Origin: Thermoanaerobaculaceae bacterium
GTDB taxonomy: Bacteria > Acidobacteriota > Thermoanaerobaculia > Multivoradales > UBA5704
Assembly (NCBI GenBank): GCA_963785165.1
Contig: CAWAUI010000007.1
Span: 1,032,732 to 1,096,731, forward strand
Length of the DNA stretch: 64,000 bases
Direction: 5' to 3'
The first letter of the stretch is position 1. Each line of letters opens with the position of its first letter. The notes under the pieces are model-generated. The model worked only from the letters and a program-made list of their open reading frames with translations, searched no databases and was not told the origin of the DNA. This document shows, one piece after another, positions 27,249 through 36,842 of the stretch. A program made the translations under genes and the position numbers.

Positions 27249-27664
27249 GCGCGGACCTCCTGCTCCACCGCCTCCTCCGCGGAGAAGCGCCAGCTCCGGG
27301 TTTCCACCGCCTGGCCGCCCACCACGGAAACGATGAGACAGGCGTAGCCGGGCCAGGCGTTCTCGCGGTCGAGCCGGCTCGGCCGGGCGGGGTGATCCGG
27401 GTGCGAATGGTAGTAGCCGACCACGTCGAGCCCCGCCGCGCGGGCCTCCTTGTGGACCGCCAGCACCGTCTCGGGAGGAACCGTGAACCGGTCGCTCCGT
27501 CCTCCGGTGTTGGCCGCCGGCAGAATCCGCTCGACCCGGGTGGCGCCACCCTCCGCGCTGCCGATCAGGAAGCCGCAGCATTCCTCCGGATAGCAGGCTT
27601 CGCCATGACTCTGGATCGACTCCAGGTCACGGGGCGAAAGGAGGAGGGGGTGTGGAACCGGCAT
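27245..27664 (-). CDS. Mov34/MPN/JAMM-family metalloprotease (Mec+/CysO-processing type)
   Basis: JAMM motif VVGYYHSHPDHPARPS and an upstream Glu (EECCGFLIG). An ATGA overlaps the moeB start. Confidence 0.8.
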   Translation of the reverse strand: MPVPHPLLLSPRDLESIQSHGEACYPEECCGFLIGSAEGGATRVERILPAANTGGRSDRFTVPPETVLAVHKEARAAGLDVVGYYHSHPDHPARPSRLDRENAWPGYACLIVSVVGGQAVETRSWRFSAEEAVEQEVRA

Positions 27665-27740
27665 CGCCGATCAAGCTAGCACAACCCCATGTATCCTTGG
27701 CCCCTGGAGCGCATCCAAGTTGGGGAGGACGAGAACGATC

Positions 27741-28388
27741 ATGGACGACACCCCACACACCGGCGCCGACCGGGTCCCGCCGGGCCAGTACGTCACCAAC
27801 AAGTGGCCGGTCCTCACCTATGGCCGCACGCCGGCGGTCGAGCCCGAGAAGTGGTCACTGCGCGTCTTCGGCCTCGTCGCCGAGGAGACGGCGTTCTCCT
27901 GGAAGGCCTTCCAGGCCCTGCCCCGCGTCCGCGTCACGGCCGACTTCCACTGCGTCACCCGCTTCTCCACCCTGGACAATGGCTGGGAAGGGGTGGCGAC
28001 CCGCGAGGTGATCCGGCACGTCCGGGTCGATCCCGAGGCGTCGCACGTCATGGTCCACTGCTACGGCGGGTACACAACCAACCTGCCGCTCGAGGACTTC
28101 CTTTCGGACAAGGCCCTGTTCGTGGACCGCCACAACGGCAACCCTCTGCTGATCGACCACGGCGGCCCGGTGCGCCTGGTGGTCCCCCATCTCTACGCCT
28201 GGAAGAGCGCCAAGTGGGTGAACGGCATCGAGCTGATGAAGGAGGACCGCCGGGGCTTCTGGGAAGAGAACGGCTACCACACCTACGGCGATCCCTGGAC
28301 GGAAGAGCGCTTCAGCTCCCAGGAGACCCAAAACGCCGCTCAGGTGAGACGGCGGGCCAAGGAGCTGGGAATCGTGCCGGAGGAGTGA
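27741..28388 (+). CDS. Sulfite-oxidase-family molybdopterin-binding oxidoreductase (YedY/MsrP-like catalytic subunit)
   Basis: GGAGG sits 13 nt upstream of the ATG. Oxidoreductase_molybdopterin-binding domain features: FHCVTRFS, HNGNPLLIDHGGPVRLVVP. Confidence 0.7.
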   Translation: MDDTPHTGADRVPPGQYVTNKWPVLTYGRTPAVEPEKWSLRVFGLVAEETAFSWKAFQALPRVRVTADFHCVTRFSTLDNGWEGVATREVIRHVRVDPEASHVMVHCYGGYTTNLPLEDFLSDKALFVDRHNGNPLLIDHGGPVRLVVPHLYAWKSAKWVNGIELMKEDRRGFWEENGYHTYGDPWTEERFSSQETQNAAQVRRRAKELGIVPEE

Positions 28389-28429
28389 ACGGGGAGCGGT
28401 CCCGCGCCAGCACCCTCTCCTCCCATGGC

Positions 28430-28790
28430 ACCCGGACCTCTTCCCATGGCAGCTCCCCTTCTTGCCGCGCCACCTCCCCCTCGTCCCGCGGCAACCGGCA
28501 GTGCTCCCGAGTCACTCCCCCCTCTTGCCGCACCACTCCCCCTTCTTGCCGAGACACCCCCCCTCCTTGCCGCGCCTCTACCCTCTCTTACCCGCGCGCT
28601 CCCCTCCCTTGCCGTGGGCCGCGGCGAGAGAGGGGGATGGCATCCCAACACAGGGGAGCACCGCGGCAAGAGGGGGAGGTGTCTCGGCAAGACAGGGCGC
28701 TGGCGCGGAAGCACTGCCGGTTGCCCCGGGAAGAGGGGGAGGAGGCGCGGCAAGGCGGGGAGAAGACGCGGGAGCGCTTCCGCGCACCGC
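28430..28790. repeat. GC-rich degenerate heptad repeat (C-rich CTTGCCG x about 5 direct, then CGGCAAG x about 3 inverted) forming a long imperfect inverted repeat
   Basis: cttcttgccgcgcc / ctcttgccgcacc / cttcttgccgagac / ctccttgccgcgcc / cccttgccgtggg, then cggcaagagggggaggtgtctcggcaag / gcggcaaggcgggg. The central pair cttgccgagacaccccccctc and gagggggaggtgtctcggcaag is nearly reverse-complementary. Confidence 0.7.
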
Positions 28791-28853
28791 AAAAACGGAG
28801 GAAGCCGGGCCGGCAGGGATGCCGGCGGTCCCAGGGGACGGGGTGCGCCGGCG

Positions 28854-29699
28854 CTAGGAGAGGCCCGGCACCGGTACCACCAGCGAGGCCACGATGGAGG
28901 CCGCGGTGAGCACCAGGCAGAGCAAGGCCAGGATGAGGTCGTTGCCGCGCTCGGGCCGCCGGGGATCGACCAGCATGCTTGCCAGGTAGCCGCCCGCGAA
29001 GCCGCCGAGGTGGGCCCAGTTGTCCACCCCCGGCATCAGGAATCCGAAGACGATCATGAACAGGGCGTAGCTCCAGGCCTGCCGTCCCACGGTGCCGCTG
29101 CCGGTGCGCCGGCCGTAGTGCACCAGCGCCCCGAGCAGGCCCAGGATGGGAGCCGAGGCGCCCACGGTGAGGCCCGCGCCGGAGAAGAAGGGGATGAGCA
29201 AGCTGATTGAGCTGCTGGCCAGGAAGCCCATGACCGAGGAGACCGTGTAGAGGACGACCATACGGCCGGCGCCGTAGAGCTCGGCCGCCTCGGGCGCGAG
29301 AATCCGGATCCAGTAGAGATTGAAGCCGATGTGAAGCAGGCCCCCGTGCAGCCAGCCGGCGGAGAGGAGCGTCCACCAGCGGCCGAAGACCCAGACCGGG
29401 TACCGGCCGCTCGCGCCGAACCGGATCAGGCTCTCCTGGCTGGGGGAGCCGATCGAGAACAGCCCATTCATCCGAATGCCGGAGGGATCGACCATGAGCA
29501 TGGCGAGGTAAAGGAACGCCGTGCCCACGATGACGACCTGGACGAATCCCAGGTCCCGTCCCAGCTTGTTGAAGACGGAGGTCAGCCCCCACATCCCGGG
29601 CTTCTTGCGCCCGCAGTTGAGGCAGACCTCGTCGTTCACCCCCACCAGCTTGCCGCACGAGGGGCAGAGGATGGAGCCGGTCCGTTTGCGCTGGAACAT
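28854..29699 (-). CDS. Rhomboid-family intramembrane serine protease with an N-terminal zinc ribbon
   Basis: The ribbon is CPSCGKLVGVNDEVCLNCG; the rhomboid core has the catalytic motifs GASAPILGLLGA (GxSx) and AHLGGFAGG (His). Confidence 0.85.
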   Translation of the reverse strand: MFQRKRTGSILCPSCGKLVGVNDEVCLNCGRKKPGMWGLTSVFNKLGRDLGFVQVVIVGTAFLYLAMLMVDPSGIRMNGLFSIGSPSQESLIRFGASGRYPVWVFGRWWTLLSAGWLHGGLLHIGFNLYWIRILAPEAAELYGAGRMVVLYTVSSVMGFLASSSISLLIPFFSGAGLTVGASAPILGLLGALVHYGRRTGSGTVGRQAWSYALFMIVFGFLMPGVDNWAHLGGFAGGYLASMLVDPRRPERGNDLILALLCLVLTAASIVASLVVPVPGLS

Positions 29700-29746
29700 G
29701 GCGGTACTGTATCAGCCGGCTCCGTTCTTGCAGCTTCCGGCCCTCC

Positions 29747-30256
29747 ATGAACCCGCCCCTCAGCTCCGAATGGCTCCATCAGATCGTCTGGCTCCTCCTG
29801 CTGGCGATTCCCATAGCGTGCGTGGCCTGGACGGTCACCCACGAGGAGGTCTTCCGCGAGCCGCGCGAGTACTGCGCGGACCGCTCCAGGACCGCCCGCG
29901 GCCTGCTAGCCCGGAAGTTCTTCTACCTCTTCACCTGCGAGTACTGCTTCAGCCACTATGTGACGGCCTTCTTCCTGATCGTCACCCGGTATCACCTGCT
30001 GCTCGACGACTGGCGGGGATACCTCATCGCCTTCTTCGCCCTGGTGGCCATCGCCAACGTCTACATGAGCGCCTTCGGCCGGCTGCGGCAGGAGGTCAAG
30101 TCGGAGAAGCTGACGGCGGAGAAGAAGGAGATCGAGCTGGAGGAGGTGAAGGCGGGCGGCGGCGAGGCTCAGGTCGATTCCCCGGTAGGGGCGGCCTCAT
30201 CCAGCTCCTCGACCCCGGCCAAGATCTCCCGGGCGCGTTCGGCGTCTTCGGGGTAG
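29747..30256 (+). CDS. Hypothetical membrane protein (3 TM) with an acidic/Ser-rich tail
   Basis: LHQIVWLLLLAIPIACVAWTV, FYLFTCEYCFSHYVTAFFLIV, LIAFFALVAIANVYMSAF. Its 3' end overlaps the convergent DUF2007 gene, so the true stop may be earlier. Confidence 0.4.
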   Translation: MNPPLSSEWLHQIVWLLLLAIPIACVAWTVTHEEVFREPREYCADRSRTARGLLARKFFYLFTCEYCFSHYVTAFFLIVTRYHLLLDDWRGYLIAFFALVAIANVYMSAFGRLRQEVKSEKLTAEKKEIELEEVKAGGGEAQVDSPVGAASSSSSTPAKISRARSASSG

Positions 30257-30732
30257 ACCTCGACGCGGCTCAGGGCGGTGGGTGCGCCGGTGAGGAGGCT
30301 CACGGCGGGCAGGCGCTCTTCGAGGACACAGGCGTCGATCCCCTCGGATTCGAGGAGGGTGCGGGCGAGATGCGCTTCCCAGGGCGTGGTGAAGCGCCCG
30401 ACGGTGACCAGGGCCACGGGCTCGTCGTCCTCCTCCAGTGTCTCTTCTTCGGCGAGGCCGGGCGGGTCGTCTTCCGTCACCAGGTAGAGGATGGGGCGGC
30501 GGGTGCGCAGCAGCTCGGCCGCGGAGCCCGCGTCTTCCGGGCGGACCTGGAGGCGCACGCCGCCCAGGGTGCTCGACAATGCGCCGCCGTAGAGACGCTG
30601 GAAGTGCTCGTCCGCGATGACGGCGTAGATCCCCTCGGCCTCCAGGCAGGAGCGGGCGAGCTGCGCCTCCCAGGGAGACGTGAAGGTCTCGACCGTGACC
30701 AGCTTCTCGATGTCGTATTCAGGGTCCGGCAC
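30169..30732 (-). CDS. Tandem DUF2007-like domain protein (putative signal-transducing protein fold)
   Basis: Two repeats, LVTVETFTSPWEAQLARSCLEAEGIYAVIADE and LVTVGRFTTPWEAHLARTLLESEGIDACVLEE. The GTG start overlaps the upstream small ORF stop. Confidence 0.5.
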   Translation of the reverse strand: MPDPEYDIEKLVTVETFTSPWEAQLARSCLEAEGIYAVIADEHFQRLYGGALSSTLGGVRLQVRPEDAGSAAELLRTRRPILYLVTEDDPPGLAEEETLEEDDEPVALVTVGRFTTPWEAHLARTLLESEGIDACVLEERLPAVSLLTGAPTALSRVEVYPEDAERAREILAGVEELDEAAPTGEST

Positions 30733-30935
30733 TAGAGAACACCACCGCTCCGAAGCAGGAATCCGAGGCCCAGAAACAGGGCACCGAAGAACAGCGCCGT
30801 GCCCAGGGCCGCCCACAGGCCCGCTGCCCGCCCGCGCCAGTGTTTGGCGATGAGGTAGGCGCCGATCACGCTGAACAACGCGAAAAGACAGAACAGCGTC
30901 AGGGGCAACCACATTTCGGAGGCGGTGGGTGTCAT
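30732..30935 (-). CDS. 67-aa two-TM membrane protein
   Basis: MTPTASEMWLPLTLFCLFALFSVIGAYLIA...ALGTALFFGALFLGLGFLL. It lies between the MBL gene and the DUF2007 gene on the same strand. Confidence 0.4.
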   Translation of the reverse strand: MTPTASEMWLPLTLFCLFALFSVIGAYLIAKHWRGRAAGLWAALGTALFFGALFLGLGFLLRSGGVL

Positions 30936-30950
30936 GGCGTGGACGCCATG

Positions 30951-32471
30951 TTACCCCTCCACGGTGATGTCGAGGTACAGGTCGTCCTCCACGCAGCGGG
31001 AGGCGAAGCCCTTCCACTCCCCCGCCGGCACCTTGGAGGGTCGCTTGGGGAGGCCCCGGTCGACGCGGAGGACCCGGCCGTTGGTCTTCTCCTCCAGCCG
31101 CTTGAGCAGCGGAGGGAAAGGCATGTCCCATCCCTTGGGGCTGCCGCCCTTGGGTTTGTGGGCCATCTGCTCGTCCACCGGAATCAGGGCGACGAGGTCT
31201 GGATGGGCCATCATCTCCAGCCCTTTTTCGCGCAGGGTGGCGTTGTGGCTGGCGTGGTGCCCCACCTTGTAGAGCACGGTACGGCTCAGGAGGTCCGCGG
31301 CGGTGACGGGATCCTTCGGATCGCCCGTGTCGCCACCTTTCCGCTGCCACTCCAGCTTGTGCCAGGAATTCCAGTTCCCCGCCTGGGCGTCGCCCGGGAA
31401 GAGGAGGACCTTGCCGCTGGGGACGAGCTCGATGGCCAGGGCCAGGCTGGTGTTGTTGGTGTCGCTGTCGAGCTTCAAGGCCAGGCTGCCGGCCGAGCCC
31501 AGCCAGTCCGTGTCGATACGGCGCCACTCCAGATCCTCCTCGGTGAGGCGATTGTCAGAAGCCTTGCCGGGGAAGCCGTAGTAGAGCTCCTGAAAGAAGG
31601 CGTCTTTCTTCGCGGCCTCGGGCGCGACCCGGAAGACCTTGTCGAACGGGAAGGCAAGCTTGGCGGCGGCCTTCTCCTCGGGGCTCATGGGCCGTTCGCC
31701 CGCCTTCTCCTGGGCGTGGAGCACCGCGGAAACGAAGGCCGCCTTTTCGTCGAGCGCGAGCCGGGCCTCGTAGGCCTCGCCGCTCCGGGGATCGGAACGC
31801 TTGAGGAAGTCGAGATCCTTCGGGGGCCCAAGCACGTAGACGCGCGCTCCGGCGGCTCCCGGGATCGGCAACGGCCCTTCCCCCGGAGTGCGGTAGCGCG
31901 GCGGCTTGCCCCGCCCCACCGCGTAATCCATGGCCTGCTCGATGCCCCCGGGCTTGCCGGCCACCCCCAGGCCGGACGGGTCGCCGAAGAAGCCGAGGAC
32001 GGAGCTCATGCCGTCCGCCCGGCGGAGGGCGTCCTTGTCGCCGCTCTCCCGCAGGTGGGCCACGGTGGCGGTGAGGGCACGCAGGGCGTTCGCCCGGTCG
32101 CGGCGCAGGGAGCGGGAGACCGGATCCTCCGGATCCTCCGTCCAGGCCACCCAGACCTCGCCGATTTTCAACCGGTCGAAGAGGTCGCGCGCCTGTTCGA
32201 AGCCCGAGAGGTGGTCCCAGTGCTCGTGGGTGGCCACCAGCACGTCGATCCGCCCGCCGGTCGACTCGAGGATGTGCGCCACGACCGCGCGCACCCGCTC
32301 GGCCCCGCCGGGAGTGCCCAAAAGCACGCCGCAGTCGATCAGCATGAAACGGGGGCGCGAGCCGCGGCTGGCCGGGAAGGCCAGCAGGAAGCAGTCGCCG
32401 AGCCCCTGGCGGTACATGCGCACGGTGACGCCGGACTTGGGAGCCTTCATGGTGGGAGTTGGGTCGGCCAT
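30951..32471 (-). CDS. MBL-fold metallo-hydrolase (506 aa, with a long C-terminal extension)
   Basis: GGAGG RBS. The MBL motif is IDVLVATHEHWDHLSGF, with a downstream Asp/His (KVGHHASHNA). Confidence 0.8.
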   Translation of the reverse strand: MADPTPTMKAPKSGVTVRMYRQGLGDCFLLAFPASRGSRPRFMLIDCGVLLGTPGGAERVRAVVAHILESTGGRIDVLVATHEHWDHLSGFEQARDLFDRLKIGEVWVAWTEDPEDPVSRSLRRDRANALRALTATVAHLRESGDKDALRRADGMSSVLGFFGDPSGLGVAGKPGGIEQAMDYAVGRGKPPRYRTPGEGPLPIPGAAGARVYVLGPPKDLDFLKRSDPRSGEAYEARLALDEKAAFVSAVLHAQEKAGERPMSPEEKAAAKLAFPFDKVFRVAPEAAKKDAFFQELYYGFPGKASDNRLTEEDLEWRRIDTDWLGSAGSLALKLDSDTNNTSLALAIELVPSGKVLLFPGDAQAGNWNSWHKLEWQRKGGDTGDPKDPVTAADLLSRTVLYKVGHHASHNATLREKGLEMMAHPDLVALIPVDEQMAHKPKGGSPKGWDMPFPPLLKRLEEKTNGRVLRVDRGLPKRPSKVPAGEWKGFASRCVEDDLYLDITVEG

Positions 32472-32507
32472 GGCTGTCCTCCGTCTCTTTCCGGGTCAAA
32501 GATTTCG

Positions 32508-34428
32508 TCAGAGAGACCGGTGAAGGAGGGCGAACGGCTCGGCCTCCTCGCGCACCCTGGGGTCGCCGAAGTAGGTGGCCGCGAGCGAGCCGTCCGAGTC
32601 GCCGGCCACGAACCGGCGCTGGCGCTCCAGCCGCTCGGCGCTCGTGATCCCCTTGCCGATGCAGTAGCGGACCTCGCTGCGCTCCAGGTTGACGAGCACC
32701 GTGGAGCCGCCGCGGAACCAGAAGTCCTCCGGGGGCGGCGGATCGATCTTCCCCTCGTCCACCATCGTCTGGAGGTCGGGGTCGAGATAAGCACGCCGCT
32801 TCTGGGTGAGCTCGATCACCAGGTCCACCCTCGTGTCGCCGTCGGGGGCGATGCGCCGGGCGGGGCGCACGGAGTGGACCTCGAACTTGGGGAGGCCCTG
32901 CGCCCCGCGCTCGATCGACAGGGGAGCGTCCGCCTCCAGGGCCAGGCCAAGAGACGGACCGAGCGGCCGGCCGAGGTTCGACAGCCAGGCATGGACCTGC
33001 GCGGCGCTCTTCTGGGTGGCCTTCCAGGCATCCTTGCGGTCCGACGAGAGCGACCACTCGGGCTGGAGGCTCGCGAGGTACCCGGCCTGGGGGAGCAACG
33101 CCTGGAACTTGGGCATGTCCTCCGCGTCGGGCCCGGCCCAACAGAGGCTCTCGGCCGAGAGGCTGCGCACCCCCTGGGGATAGATGCCGCGGCGCCGGAA
33201 GGCCTCGATGATGGAGATCCGGTAGCGCCTCTCGTCGTCGGGCACGAGGTCGCGGTCCGCGGTGATCAGTGCCCGCAGGTAGTCGCCGAAGTCCATGTCC
33301 ACCGGCGGGCAGTAGTCGAGGGCGCGGATGCACATGTTGAGGAGGTGGGCGGCGGTGCCGACGCCTCGCGGGCCAGGCGGTCGACGAGGTCGGGGTGGAT
33401 GGCCCCCGCCGGCAGCACGCCCGTGCCGCCGGTGGCGATGCGCAGCAGGTCGGCGATGCGCGATTTGTAGATGGAGAGGAAGGCGTCGAACACCGCCGCC
33501 ACCAGGATGGCGCCGCGGGCGTGCGGCTCGCGGGTGGTCTGGAGATCCACCGGGTCCGGCTCCTTGGGCCGCCACTGCCGGGTCTCCGGATCGATCGTCC
33601 CGATGGCGTCGCGCAGGGCGCCGTAGCTGCCGATGGCCTGGCCGAACTGGTGGGCCAGCGCCGCCAGCAGGTTCTGCGAGGCGAGGTCGCCCCGCGTGCG
33701 GGCGATCTGGTGGCGCAGCACCTCGGGGAAGGAGAAGTGCTGGAACAGGGCCACGATGTCGGCGAACGCCTCGTGGAAGGCCAGGACGTCCGGGTTGCTG
33801 GGCTCGATGAAGCGGCGGTGCAGGCCGTCGAGCAGGGCGTGGGTGGTCTCGTGGGCGATGATGTCGTGCGACAGGCAGGTGAACACCGTGCCGCCCGGCA
33901 GGTTGTGCCCCGGGTCCGTGGTCGAGGCCGGGAAGTAGCCGAAGAGCAGGGCCTTCTTCTGCGGGCTGTAGTAGGCGTTGGCCTCGCGCAGGGCGTGCGG
34001 GTAGATGCGCAGGCGCCGCACGCCGACGCGTAGTCCTGCTCCGGCCCGGCCTCGGACCAGAAGACCCGGCGGCCCAAGCGCCCGCTCGAAGTTGCGGATG
34101 GTGGTCATGGCGACCGCGTAGACCATCTGCTGGTGGAACTGCGGATCCCCCTCGGCCGGGTCGAGGCCGTCCATGGCCAGGACGTTGGGATCATTGAGAT
34201 CCACCGGCGCGTAGCAGCAGCCGCTCGCCGGATCGACGTCGACCACCTCCAGGTACTCGCCGACCGGCCCGGGCTCCAGCCCCTCCCAGGGCACGTCCAG
34301 CGTCATCCGGTTCAGGACGGCGGTATCGAGCTGCCAGTTGAAGCTGGGATCGAAAGCGTAGACCCGCAGGCTGCGGGAGGTGGGCGGCCGCTTCGGGGGC
34401 GGCAAGATTCTGGAGGCCGGGGGCTTCA
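32508..34428 (-). CDS. Thermolysin-like (M4-type HExxH...E) zinc metallopeptidase-domain protein of about 640 aa with no signal peptide, frameshifted near 33345
   Basis: IIAHETTHALLD then 20 aa then AFHEAFADIVA, matching the M4 pattern AHELTHAVTD...NEAISDIFG. A GTG start is preceded by AAGGAGG. The C-terminal half is read in a second frame (GTAAHLLNMCIRALDYCPPVDMDFGDYLRAL...). Confidence 0.65.
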
Positions 34429-34593
34429 CGGGGGCTGCCCTCCTTTGTTTACGGCGTTCCTTCAATTATAAGCCCTCACCCCCCCCCCGGCCCTCCCGGA
34501 AGGCAAGGACCCCAAGGACACCAAGGGCTTCAGGGACGGGCAACGCGTCTCTCCTCAAGCGTCCTTGCCGTCCCTGGTGTCCTTGAGGTCCTT

Positions 34594-36793
34594 TTACTTG
34601 TAGAACTTCTCCCCCCGCCGGGCCATCTCGCGCAGCAGCTCCGCCGGCCGCAGCCGGTCGCCGTAGCTGGTCGGCGTAGCGCGTCGAGCGTCTCCACCAC
34701 CCAGGGGAGGCCCATGCCGGTCCGCCTCGCGCAGCAGGCCGCCGCGGAAGGGGGGGAAGCCGAAGCCGAAGATGACGCCGATGTCGACGTCCGCCGGGTT
34801 GGTGATGATCCCCTCCTCCATGCAGCGGGCGGTCTCGTTGAGCATCTGGAGCCAGCAGCGCTCGACGATCTCCTGGTCCGGAGACGGGCGTCGTCCTGCC
34901 AGTCGAGCAGGCGGTAGACGGCCGGGTCGACCTGCTTCTCGCCCTTCTTCCCCTTCCCGTCCTCTTCGTAGAGGTAGAAGCCGCGCTTGGCCTTGCGGCC
35001 GAGTCGCTTGTCGTCGATCATCTTCTGCGAAGATCGGCGGCGGGGCCACGCGGTCGCCCAGCGCGTCCTGCAGCATCTCGCCCACGTGGGCGCCCACGTC
35101 GAGCCCCACCTCGTCCATCAGGGCGAACGGGCCGACCGGCCAGCCCCAGCGGGTCATGGCACGGTCGACCTGCTCGATGCTCGCGCCCTCGGCCAGCATC
35201 CAGGCCGCCTCGTTGAGCATGGTGCCGAGCACCCGGCTGGTGAAGAAGCCCGGGCCGTCGTTGACCACGATCACCGTCTTGCCCATCTTGCGGCCGACCT
35301 CGACGATGGTGGCGAGGGTCTCCTCGCGAGGTGCCGGGGTGGCGGATGATCTCCAGGAGCGGCATCTTGGCCACGGGGCTGAAGAAGTGCATGCCCACCA
35401 CGTTCTCCGGCCGGCGGCTCGCCTCGGCCAGCTTGGCGATGGGGATCGAGGAGGTGTTGGAGGCGAAGATCAGCCCTCTCCCGGTAGTCACCGCCGCGGC
35501 TTCCGTCTCGCGGATGCACGTTCGCTGCTTGACCTCCAGATCCTCGAACACGGCCTCGACGACGAAGTCCACGTGCCGCAGAGCGGCATAGTCGACCGTG
35601 CGGCAGGATGCGCCCCAGGGCGTTCTTGGCCGCGGCGTCGCTCAGCCGGCGGCGCTTCACCAGCTCGCGGAACTGCTGCCGGCAGAAGCCGTAGCCCCGG
35701 CCCACGGACGGCAGGTCGCGGTCCTTGAGGATGATGGGCAGGCCCTTGTAGGCGAGCACCTGGGCGATGCCGGCGCCCATGAAGCCGGCGCCCAGCACGC
35801 CCACGGTTTCGACCGGGCGGGCCTTCTTCGCGATCTTCGCCGCCCGGGCCTCGACGTCGTTCTTGGTGAAGAAGATGGAGATCAGGCTCTTGGCGGTGTC
35901 GGAGACCACCAGCTCGGAGAAGGCGCCGGCTTCGAGGTCCAGGGCGCGGCGGAGGGGGAGCTTCAGCCCGTCGCGGACGATGTCGACCGCCACCAGCGGC
36001 GCCGGGTAGTGGCCGCCGGTCTTCGCCATCACTCCGGCCTGGCCTTGTCCCACACCATGGGGCCGCCCAAGGGCGAGCGGGCGAGGAAATCGCCGGCCCG
36101 GGAGGCGAAGGGCTTCTTCTTTTCCTTCTTCTTGTTCTTGCCGCGCCCCCGGATGGCTTTCTCCGCCGCGGCCCGCAGGTCGGCGGGGTGGCAGGTGTCG
36201 TCCACCAGGCCCAGCTTCTTCGCCTTGCGGGCGTCCACCTGCTTGCCGGTGAGGATCAGGTCGAGGGCGTCGGGGACGCCGATCAGGCGGGGCAGGCGCT
36301 GGGTGCCGCCGAGGCCGGGGATCAGCCCGAGCTGCACCTCGGGGAGGCCCAGCTTGGTCTTGGGATGCTCCGTCGCCACCCGGTACCGGCAGGCCAGCGC
36401 CAGCTCCAGGCCGCCGCCCAGGCAGGCGCCGTGGATGGCGGCGACCGTGGGAAACGGCAACGCCGCCAAGCGCTCCATGAGGTCATGGCCGCGCTGCAGC
36501 ATGGCGATCAGGGAGTCTTTGTCGGAAACCGCGAGCAGCTCTTCGAGGTCCGCCCCGGCCACGAAGCCGTCCGGCTTGCCGGAGAAGATGACGAGGCCTT
36601 CGGGGCGTTCGCGCTCGACGCGGGCGACCTGCTCCTCGAACCAGGCGAAGAGGCGGGTCGAAAGGGTGTTGACCTTCTTGCCGGGATCGTCGAGGCGGAG
36701 CCAGGCGATCCCGTCTTCATAAGCCAGCACGCCGGGCGGCGTGCCGGCCTGGACAGTCTTTTCCGTTTGGGTTGGGGCTTCGATGACGCTCAT
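34594..36793 (-). CDS. Fatty-acid oxidation complex alpha subunit (FadB/FadJ-like: enoyl-CoA hydratase plus 3-hydroxyacyl-CoA dehydrogenase), with at least 5 frameshifts
   Basis: Crotonase N-domain (FSGKPDGFVAGADL, HGACLGGGLELALAC); NAD-binding VGVLGAGFMGAGIAQV; 3HCDH core IFASNTSSIPI, GMHFFSPV; C-terminal 3HCDH_C segments are recovered from three alternating frames. Confidence 0.8.
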
Positions 36794-36842
36794 GCGGCCA
36801 TCCTAGGGATCTATGCCGCAGTGTGTCAAGAAATCCCCCACC

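Noticed and set aside
28312-28857. Multiple overlapping ORFs with LLPRxSPxLPR / GGVxREEGG repeat peptides on both strands
   Set aside because: They are produced by the CTTGCCG heptad inverted repeat. Both strands give equivalent repeat peptides, which is typical of non-coding palindromic DNA.
34530-35021. ORF 34530..35021 (-) 163 aa (MIDDKRLGRKAKRGFYLYEEDGKGKKGEKQVDPAVYRLLDWQDDARL...) as a separate gene
   Set aside because: It is an alternate-frame segment of the frameshifted fadB-like 3-hydroxyacyl-CoA dehydrogenase C-terminal domain, not an independent gene.
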